The notes under the pieces: model-generated
Seen by the model: the letters and a program-made list of their open reading frames with translations, nothing else
The model's database searches: none
What the model was told of the DNA's origin: nothing
Program-made: the position numbers and the translations under genes
Origin: a bacterium
GTDB lineage: Bacteria > UBA8248
Reading direction: 5' to 3'
Assembly (NCBI GenBank): GCA_965213625.1
Contig: CBDBZU010000004.1
Span: 2,912,001-2,976,000, forward strand
Length of the DNA: 64,000 nt
Part shown: one piece after another, positions 21,232-28,915 of the stretch
Layout: every line of letters starts with the position of its first letter
Position numbering within the stretch: position 1 is the first letter of the stretch

Positions 21232-22320
21232 TCAGGATATTTTGTAACGCTCAAGCGCATCCGGTGTGAATTCCACGCCGTGCCCGGGCACGTCGGGGAC
21301 GTCGATGTGTCCATCGCGCACCGTGAAATCCTGCGTGAAATCACCCGGCGAGAAGAATTCCATGTATTCGACCATATAGCCCCTGGGCGTTGCGCCTACG
21401 AGGCTGACCGACAGTTCATGGGCCAGATGACTGCTCAGGGAAATGTTGAAGGCATCGGCTAAATGCGCAATTTTGATGAACTCCGTCACCCCGCCGCAAC
21501 GGCAAACATCGGGCTGCAGAAACCCCACCGCCCGGCGCTCGCAAATCTCTCGGAATCCCCAGCGCATGTAGGCGTTTTCTCCCGCCGCTGTGGGCACCAT
21601 GCTTTTCTCCGCCACCTCTGCGAGATCATCGACGCAATCAGCCAGCACGGGCTCCTCGAACCAGGCAACGCTGTATTCCGCCAGCATGGATGAAACTTCA
21701 ACAGCTTCGCGCACGTTGTAGTTCTGGTTCGCGTCGCAAAAGAGAATGAAATCCTCTCCCATACTCTTTCTGAGGTAATCTAGTCGTTCTGCGTCGCGCG
21801 CCGTGCCGATTTTGAGTTTATAGCCGCTCATGCCGAGTGAGGCGGCTTCCTGGGCTTCTTCGAGCAGTTCCGAATCCGGGAGCGTGTGCCAGCCCCCGCT
21901 GCCGTAAACCGGTATCCTTTGGCGAAATCCGCCCAAGAGGCGATTCAAGGGCAGGCCGGCTGTTTTCGCCACTATATCCCAGCAGGCGATGTCCACGGCA
22001 GAAAGCGAATATAAGCCCAATCCGCCGCGCATTCTCGCTTTGTTCGGCGCCCACATGCGATTCCAAAGCGCTTCGGGGGCGAGGGCGTCTTGCCCGATAG
22101 CCATTGGAGCCAATTCATTTTCGATGTATGGCAGCATGGCGACGCCGCCCTCACCTCCCAGGCCCATCGTGAAACCCGTGCCGCTCGGGCCGTCTTCGGT
22201 ATGCATCTGCACTGCGATGACATCGAGATGCGTGTAAACGCCGAGCGAGCTTTGAAAAGTTTTTTTGAGAGGAACTTTGAGAGGAACTGCCTCGAGAGAG
22301 CGTATTTTTAGTTGTGACAT
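21232..22320 (-). CDS. mandelate racemase/muconate lactonizing enzyme family protein
   Basis: SAVDIACWD, KLK (KxK), DAN, FEEP, GEN, QPD and SSH motifs; probable start ATG 22320. Confidence 0.9.
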   Translation of the reverse strand: MSQLKIRSLEAVPLKVPLKKTFQSSLGVYTHLDVIAVQMHTEDGPSGTGFTMGLGGEGGVAMLPYIENELAPMAIGQDALAPEALWNRMWAPNKARMRGGLGLYSLSAVDIACWDIVAKTAGLPLNRLLGGFRQRIPVYGSGGWHTLPDSELLEEAQEAASLGMSGYKLKIGTARDAERLDYLRKSMGEDFILFCDANQNYNVREAVEVSSMLAEYSVAWFEEPVLADCVDDLAEVAEKSMVPTAAGENAYMRWGFREICERRAVGFLQPDVCRCGGVTEFIKIAHLADAFNISLSSHLAHELSVSLVGATPRGYMVEYMEFFSPGDFTQDFTVRDGHIDVPDVPGHGVEFTPDALERYKIS

Positions 22321-22331
22321 TTCATCTCCGT

Positions 22332-23507
22332 CTACAAGAATTTCATGGAACGAATGCGCATGGCCTGGTTCGTTCCATCGGAATGCAAGAAGCTGGTAAC
22401 GTCTCTTAGATATTTTTCCATCGGCGCATCCGTCATATATCCGGTGCCGCCCCACACTTCCAACGCGTGCGTGGCGATTCTGTATGAGGATTCGGACACG
22501 AAACACTTGGTCATGAAACCCATCTTGGGGTCATAAAGGCCCTCCTGGCCCGCCGTCCAGGCGGCGTAGTGAAGCAATCGCCTGCTCGCTTCGTACTCCG
22601 CGAAACAATCCGCCAGCATAAAGCCGATCGCCTGATGCTCGATGATCGGCTTGCCCCCCTGAATCCGGCTTCGAGCGTGCGCCAAGGCGTCTTCATAGGC
22701 CGCCCTGGCTGCGCCGAGAACGGTGGCGGCTGCTTCGATGTTCGAACCCGGGACGAACATGCGGCGCGCCTCCGTAGCGCGATTCACTTCCGAGATGCGG
22801 TTTTCATCCGGCACCCTGCAATTCTCGAAAATCAACTCCGCGTTCAGAGACAGACGCTGCCCCATCTTGTCGTGAATCTTCCCGTAGCGGAAACCGTCCA
22901 TATCGGGCGTAATGATGAAATATGTCATCCCCTCGGACACGCCTTTCGTCGTATCGGTTCTCATGGCGACGATGCACAGCTTGGCGATTCCACCGTTGCT
23001 GATGTAACGCTTCTTCCCGTTGGCTATCCAGTGGTCCCCGTCGCGCACGGCGGTCGTCCGCACGCCGGCGTCCGGGCTGTCGTAGGGGATGATGTTGTCG
23101 GTTCCTCCCGATTCCTCCGTCATACCGACGGCGAGATGGAAATGGTGGTCTTCCAGGAAAGATTTCAGATATCGCTCCTTCTGGCCCGCATTCGTCAGCT
23201 TTTCGAACAAATGGGATATCTTCCAGGTCTGATCGAACGTGATGGCCGTACCCAGATCGCCCCAGGCGAGTTCCTCGCCCACCAGGCACAGCGTCAGGAT
23301 ATCGCAACCCCCACCCCCCAACTCCTTGGGAAGCGCCAGTGTCCGCAAGCCCAGCCTGCTCCCCTTCTCGAGCACGTCCCAGGGGAAGCGCTTCATCGGG
23401 TCGGGTTCTTTATCGAGAGCCGCCGCGACGGGGCGTATTTCCTGAGCGGCGAAGTCGTGCGCCGTCTTTTGCAGCTGTTCCTGTTCGGGAGTGAGTGTGA
23501 AATCCAT
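22332..23507 (-). CDS. acyl-CoA dehydrogenase family protein
   Basis: MDFTLTPEQ start, NGKKRYISNG, KMGQR, RIQGGKPI and GGTGY motifs; probable start 23507. Confidence 0.9.
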   Translation of the reverse strand: MDFTLTPEQEQLQKTAHDFAAQEIRPVAAALDKEPDPMKRFPWDVLEKGSRLGLRTLALPKELGGGGCDILTLCLVGEELAWGDLGTAITFDQTWKISHLFEKLTNAGQKERYLKSFLEDHHFHLAVGMTEESGGTDNIIPYDSPDAGVRTTAVRDGDHWIANGKKRYISNGGIAKLCIVAMRTDTTKGVSEGMTYFIITPDMDGFRYGKIHDKMGQRLSLNAELIFENCRVPDENRISEVNRATEARRMFVPGSNIEAAATVLGAARAAYEDALAHARSRIQGGKPIIEHQAIGFMLADCFAEYEASRRLLHYAAWTAGQEGLYDPKMGFMTKCFVSESSYRIATHALEVWGGTGYMTDAPMEKYLRDVTSFLHSDGTNQAMRIRSMKFL

Positions 23508-24314
23508 GTTTAGCCCTCTATTCATGAAGCCGCGCCGGAACCGGTGATGGCCCTGCTGCGCTTCGTCCAGCCTTAGCCATGATGTATGCGTACCGGATAG
23601 TATCCGCTCGCACCTGCACGCGCAATCGGGAATCGTGGTCGAGGTTCGTCTTGAGAGCAGCCGCCGAGGCGGAGAAAGGATGCTTCGGGGTAGGCGATTC
23701 AATTCGTGCAAATGCGGGAAAATGCGTGGTCGTCAAAAAGTTTTTTAATTCGATAAATTTCAATAAATATTTAATGTATTACTTTAATATATCTAGATAT
23801 TCCATTAAATACATGTCATATATTCCGCTAGTTTGAGCCGGAAACCTTTTCAGGAATTTATCGATATTTATCGTATTGTTCAGCATTACGAAATCCGCGC
23901 CGCAAATCCCGAATCCGGCGGATTTCATGCTTTCATTTCTCCGTTCGCATCCAACGGCCCGGCGCATGTTTTCCCTCTCCTTCGCCGCCCCGCCTTCATG
24001 GAGGGGCGTACGCAGGATAGTTCAGATGCGAAGAAACGAATTTACTGAAAATGCGGGGAAATGCGCGCTCTGATACATGAGGCGCGTACAGCACGAGGAG
24101 GGCTAGCGGATCCCGAAAGAGAAATTTCCTGGGGCCACCATTCGTGTCGGCCCGAATCCGCTGCCGCTTTTGCGGTGTCCACACCGATACAGGCGCACTT
24201 GCAGAAACCTGCCAGCGTGTCGTCTCGGTTTCCTGAAACCCCGGTTTCACGCGAGAGAAGATGTCGGCGGACTTTTACGCCCGCCCCTGCACCCTCTTCC
24301 GTCGATAATGCCCG

Positions 24315-25046
24315 TTACTCGTGATAAATCGCCACGGCGCGCACGGGAGAACCCGTTCCGCCCCGTATGTTGAGCGGCAGGCACGAGAAGAAGAACTTCG
24401 TGTTCACCACCTCCTTCAAGTTCGCCAGATTCTCCACGTTCAGCACCTTGCGCTCCCGGCAGGCCTTGTGCGCCCAGTAGCCCTTGTCGCGGAAGGCCTC
24501 TGAGGAATCCACGCTGGGCGAATCGATACCGACGTTGATGCAGCCCCTGTCCGCCAGCCATATCGTCGCGGCCTCGCTCAACCCGGGGTAGACGTGCAGC
24601 CAGGTATGAAAATCCCCGCCGTAGTTCGCCTCGTAGTGGCCCGTCCAGATGAGCACGCTGCCCTTCTCTGGCACTTCCAGTCCCGCCTTCGCGCACGCCT
24701 CTTCCAGGTCCGCCGGCTCCATCCAGTCCTCGGTGTTGCAGAATTTGGAGAGGTCAAGGCAGATCGCCTCGTTATAGAACCACTCGAGGCCCAGCTGGTC
24801 AATGGTCTCCCCGTCCTTGTCGATGTGGTAGAAGGCGTCCACGTGCGTGGGGCCGTGGTCGCTCATCACGAGGCAGTTCGTCGTCGATGTATGGCCCGAT
24901 GGCGAATTCGCATACGCCTTGGCCGTTTCGGCGTGCGTTTTGTTGGGGAAAACCCCCGTCCGCTGGTGGCCCGGATAAACGGGCATGCCGTCATAAATCT
25001 CCTGCGATAAATCCACGATGCGAATTCCCATGTCTTTGCTCTCCAC
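24315..25046 (-). CDS. cyclase family (kynurenine formamidase-like) metallohydrolase
   Basis: DLSQ, HGPTHVDAFYH, GIDSPSVD, ENLANL and GSPVRAVA motifs. Confidence 0.9.
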   Translation of the reverse strand: MESKDMGIRIVDLSQEIYDGMPVYPGHQRTGVFPNKTHAETAKAYANSPSGHTSTTNCLVMSDHGPTHVDAFYHIDKDGETIDQLGLEWFYNEAICLDLSKFCNTEDWMEPADLEEACAKAGLEVPEKGSVLIWTGHYEANYGGDFHTWLHVYPGLSEAATIWLADRGCINVGIDSPSVDSSEAFRDKGYWAHKACRERKVLNVENLANLKEVVNTKFFFSCLPLNIRGGTGSPVRAVAIYHE

Positions 25047-25139
25047 TTTGAATCGGTTGATTGGTTGAAAAATAATGGCGAGAGTTTACCCGAGAGTGTT
25101 AGATAAAATCACGCCCCATCGCGATCATCATTACGGTTT

Positions 25140-25490
25140 GGTAGCGCGACCTGTCCCTACAATCGAGGTTGGTATCGTCGTCATTCCGGAGTCGATTCCG
25201 ACCAAAGCGGGAGGTCGAATCCGATTGATGAATGAGAGTTCGACGGAATCCAGAGCAGATGATCGCCAAAATGAGGAACCCCCCAACCCCCCTTGTCAGG
25301 GGGGCTTTTCTTCTACCCCCTCGTCGAGGGGCATCGCCTTTACCCCCCTGTCAAGGGGGGGTAGGGGGGGTTGCTTTTCCAGTCGGGAGGGGTCTCCCCT
25401 CTACTCGCTAAAAGGGGATCTTTTTCAACAACCCATTCCTCATCAGTCTTCCTTCGGGAAACCCGACCCCTCAAGGAGGGGAGTGAACTT
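25140..25490. repeat. cluster of REP/BIME-like palindromes
   Basis: GTAG...CCCTAC at ~25141; GTCATTCCG...CGGAATCCAG at ~25180-25253; inverted pair AACCCCCCAACCCCCCTTGTCAGGGGGG / CCCCCCTGTCAAGGGGGGGTAGGGGGGGTT (25277-25372); TTTTCAACAAC at ~25421; CCCTCAAGGAGGGGAGTG at ~25468. Confidence 0.7.
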
Positions 25491-25540
25491 ATAGAATCTT
25501 AAGGGATGAAGAAGGGATTGTCGCGTACGAGGAAAACCCA

Positions 25541-26074
25541 TTACGTTTGGGGTTGATCACGAGGGAGAAGCACGTGCTTTCGCAAACGATCCATCTGCCC
25601 ATTGTGTAGTTTAAGATCGAAATACCAGTTTTCGTGTGTCCGCTTTTGTTTAAGTGTACGAATCAGTTCGCTGTTGAATTGGAAAGAGAACATCTCGACA
25701 AGGTCGGCGAAAAGGCAATCGACATCAGAGATGAGGGTGGAAGGAACCGGGCAACCCCGGCTAAATGGATCGGGGTATCTGGGTAGAGATTGGTAATTAC
25801 AGATGTATTCCGGAACCGTGAAGTCATTTCGAGAAGGCACCTTCTCTCGTATCATCTGTGACATTTTTCTTAGATTGTGGCCAACTGTCTTCGGCTCAAA
25901 TGAAGGCTCCAACCACTTCAGTGTCGCTTTCATAAGTTGCTCTATACATTGTTGTGAAAGAAAAGCAGCAGGGGGATGGAATCCTTTATGAAAACAAGTA
26001 CGAGCAGGAACATAAAACCAAAACGCACGATTCTGCCAAATAATGTAATCGACATCTCGTTTCGGAATTTTCAT
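25541..26074 (-). CDS. HEPN domain-containing protein
   Basis: AAFLSQQCIEQLMKA, GHNL and RYP motifs of classical HEPN domains; ATG overlaps the upstream stop (ATGA). Confidence 0.75.
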   Translation of the reverse strand: MKIPKRDVDYIIWQNRAFWFYVPARTCFHKGFHPPAAFLSQQCIEQLMKATLKWLEPSFEPKTVGHNLRKMSQMIREKVPSRNDFTVPEYICNYQSLPRYPDPFSRGCPVPSTLISDVDCLFADLVEMFSFQFNSELIRTLKQKRTHENWYFDLKLHNGQMDRLRKHVLLPRDQPQT

Positions 26075-26874
26075 GAACAAGATTCCTGCTCATCCTTAGT
26101 GCTCGGACGAATGCGTGGGTTATCTTGAACATGCTTATTTTTAAATTTCTCCATCGCAGACGTGAGATTGCCAGTTAACTTAAAGTAATTGCTGATGGCG
26201 CGATCCAGCATATGCTCCGCCACTCCCGACGCATCAAACTCGACAACTCCTCTCTCGTCGAGCAACCCATGCTTTAGTATGTTCCGTATTTCATTTGCAG
26301 TTCCAACTAAACCCCTCCGGCTGAGTGCTTCGCCACCTAATATTTCGCCGATCTTGACAGCAGCATCTACGAGTGAATCCATTGTAGGCTTATAGGAATC
26401 AAATATCTTTTTAAGAGATTGTAAAAACATTTTGAGGGAATCGTTACTCTCACGAGAACTCTCCCTCAATCCCTCAAGTTTCTCGTCGACGATACCCTCC
26501 AAATCTTTCAGTAGCTTTTTTTCTTCATTACGACCACGTAGAAGCTTACCTGGAAGATTATTGGGTTCCTCGTCGTTTCGAAGTTTTTCTAAAATCTCTC
26601 CGTAAAGCTTGTCGTTTTCCTTGATTTTTTCTCGTAGCTTGTTGATGCTTTCCCGCAAGTCATCAGTCAATGCAGTAATAATGGATTTTTCTTGCTCAAA
26701 GTATTTACGTAGTGCGTCTTTGAGTATTTTCAATAGAAAAGACCCGAACAACTCCTCAGCAGCACCCGCCAATGTGATGACTGAATAGTAATCCTTTTCA
26801 TCACGATAGAGGCAAAGGGCGGTTTCAAGTTGCCTTAACGCCATAGAATGAATGTCATGAGCCATCTGGGTCAT
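26071..26874 (-). CDS. hypothetical protein, probable divergent HEPN with Rx4H motif and coiled-coil insertion
   Basis: All-helical appearance; ITLAGAAEE motif, RNILKH (Rx4H), K/E-rich central segment; AT-rich. Confidence 0.6.
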   Translation of the reverse strand: MTQMAHDIHSMALRQLETALCLYRDEKDYYSVITLAGAAEELFGSFLLKILKDALRKYFEQEKSIITALTDDLRESINKLREKIKENDKLYGEILEKLRNDEEPNNLPGKLLRGRNEEKKLLKDLEGIVDEKLEGLRESSRESNDSLKMFLQSLKKIFDSYKPTMDSLVDAAVKIGEILGGEALSRRGLVGTANEIRNILKHGLLDERGVVEFDASGVAEHMLDRAISNYFKLTGNLTSAMEKFKNKHVQDNPRIRPSTKDEQESCS

Positions 26875-26918
26875 TGAATATTACCCTGAAAGGAGAACCA
26901 CGGAGATACCGTATTACC

Positions 26919-27695
26919 TTACTCGCTCCCCTCCCGCTCCCACATCCGCAACCGCACGATAACCGCCCCGAACACGACGATGAGCACAGCGCTTGCTAAA
27001 TATGCGGCGCGCATCGGGCCGAACCAGAGGCTGTCCGCGCGGAAGCCGCTCACGGCGGCGCGTCCGAATGAGTAGAGAACGAAGTAGAGGCAGAAGATGA
27101 AGCCCGGCTTGTGGTTTATGAGGCGCAGACGTCTCAAAATGAAGAACCAGAGGAGGTTCAGGAGAAGCTCATAAATCATCACGGGGTGCGTCGCCTGTCC
27201 CGGGAATTCCCGGCCCGCGATGGATGTCATGGGAAACTCCACGCCCCAGGGCAACGTAGTCGGCACGCCGTGCGCATCGCCGTTCATGAAGTTGCCGAAA
27301 CGCCCGAACACCTGGCCGAGCATGATGGCGGGCGCCACCGCGTCGGCGAACTCCCAGGTGGAAACGGCGTGGTTTCTCAGGTAAAGATAGCCCGCCAGCG
27401 CACCGCCGATGAGCCCCCCGTGTATGGCGAGGCCCCCGCGCCATATGGCGAAGACCTCCCACATTGCGCCCTGATAAAATTCCCAATTGAAGAGCACATA
27501 ATAAATTCTGCCGCCCATGATGCCTGCGAACATGACGAGGAGGCCGAAGTTCATCACTTCATCGGGCGTAATGGGCATACCCTTGCGCGCTGCTTCCCTC
27601 CTCACCAGCCATACGCCGGCCAGCACGGCGGTGACGTACATGAGTCCGTACCAGCGCAGCGCGAACGGTCCGATTTCGAATATGACGGGGCTCAA
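26919..27695 (-). CDS. lgt: prolipoprotein diacylglyceryl transferase
   Basis: RWYGLMY, GGRIYY, WRGGLAIHGG, GRFGNFMNG and HP..IYE motifs. Confidence 0.95.
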   Translation of the reverse strand: MSPVIFEIGPFALRWYGLMYVTAVLAGVWLVRREAARKGMPITPDEVMNFGLLVMFAGIMGGRIYYVLFNWEFYQGAMWEVFAIWRGGLAIHGGLIGGALAGYLYLRNHAVSTWEFADAVAPAIMLGQVFGRFGNFMNGDAHGVPTTLPWGVEFPMTSIAGREFPGQATHPVMIYELLLNLLWFFILRRLRLINHKPGFIFCLYFVLYSFGRAAVSGFRADSLWFGPMRAAYLASAVLIVVFGAVIVRLRMWEREGSE

Positions 27696-27795
27696 ATTTC
27701 CGGTTCCTTAACCAGTAGTCGGCGGGCGGCGTTCTTGTTCTATTGACGTAAAAAGCGCAGCTTGACTCTTGCTCGGTGTTCTAAAATCCATCCGG

Positions 27796-28878
27796 TTATT
27801 TCGGGTGGCGGTATATCTCGCTCTTTGGAAAATAATCCTTCCAGCCGAACCAGAACGCGAGCGTCGTGGAAAGCTGGTTCAGTCTCGCGCCTTTCATCGG
27901 CCCATCGACGGCCATGCCGGTCAGGCGCTGCCAGCGCGAACCCGTTTTCTTGTCCTTCATGAACCGGCAGGCGGCGGCGCCTTTCGCGCCTTCGCTCGTA
28001 ATGAGTTCGAACTCCAGTGTCTTACCCCTAAAAACGCGGTCGAAAACGACGCCCGTACCCGCCCCCTCGCAGTAGGTGACCAGAACGTCCCGCCCGGCGA
28101 AGCGGTCGTTCACGACCCCCGCGCGGTTCAAATCGGCAAATGGGTACACCTTGGATACTTGCTCTCCCTTCTCTTTCGGGGAATCGAGCGCAAGGGCGAC
28201 CAGCAGGGTTTTCGGGTGCAGGCGGTTGTCCCGGTATTTCTCGGGAATCACGCCCGTCTGCGAACTGTAGTAGTACCCCTCGTAGGGGTCCCTCGAGGAG
28301 CTGCGGAACATGCCCCCCATTCCCTTCAGCTTCTTTTTCAGCACCAGGGTATCGGGGTAGAGCTGCGTCCATTCGGAGTAGCGCATCATGGCGGCGGGGA
28401 ACGTTTTAAGGCGCTTGCCCTTGAGCGGACCGATAACGGCCTCGCCCGTCAGGTGGCTCCAGAGCGAATCCGTCTGGCGGTCGTACATGATAAGCACGTT
28501 CTTCCAGAGTTTCCCGGAAACGCCAAAACTGAGTTTCTTATCCCCAAGGTTACGGTCATACACGATGGCCGAATAGCAGAGCGGTCACCAAGTTACGGAG
28601 ACGGCGCTCCCACCCACCACGTCATTCACGATCTCGTGCGAACTGAGCAGGGGGACGGAATAGGCCCGCTTCTCCCCCTTGATGTTGATGCCGATCACCA
28701 TCTCGTCGGGCTGCATGAACCTCTTGGCGTCTTTCACGCTCGCGTATTCCGGCGCATCGATGGCGGGAATCCCGTCTTTCGGCAACAGCGTGCGAATCTC
28801 GGTTTCTGGATTCGCGCCCGAGAGTACCGGAATGGCGAGAACCAGCAAGGCAACAAGAATGCTTCTCATATGAGGCAT
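27796..28878 (-). CDS. DUF3179 domain-containing selenoprotein (UxxC), read through TGA at 28585-28587
   Basis: The 119-aa and 255-aa ORFs are in one frame, separated only by TGA: HEIVNDVVGGSAVSVTW-U-PLCYSAIVYDR...FGVSGKL...YDRQTDSLW...FWFGW. Signal peptide; GAGGAG RBS before ATG 28878. Confidence 0.85.
28553..28574 (-). promoter_or_regulatory. candidate bacterial SECIS hairpin
   Basis: Just 3' of the UGA on the minus strand: CGGCCAU-CGUGU-AUGACCG, with stem CGG/CCG plus CAU/AUG and a GU-containing loop. Confidence 0.45.
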
Positions 28879-28915
28879 GAAAGCGCTCTCCTCTGGCGGC
28901 CAGGACCCATTGGGG

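Noticed and set aside
23735-23885. Replication origin or dif site in the AT-rich stretch
   Set aside because: No DnaA-box cluster or XerC/XerD dif consensus was recognised.
25075-25494. 139-aa ORF across the repeat cluster
   Set aside because: It is a translation of REP-like palindromes (PPNPPCQGG, PLSRGGRGG) with no coding evidence.
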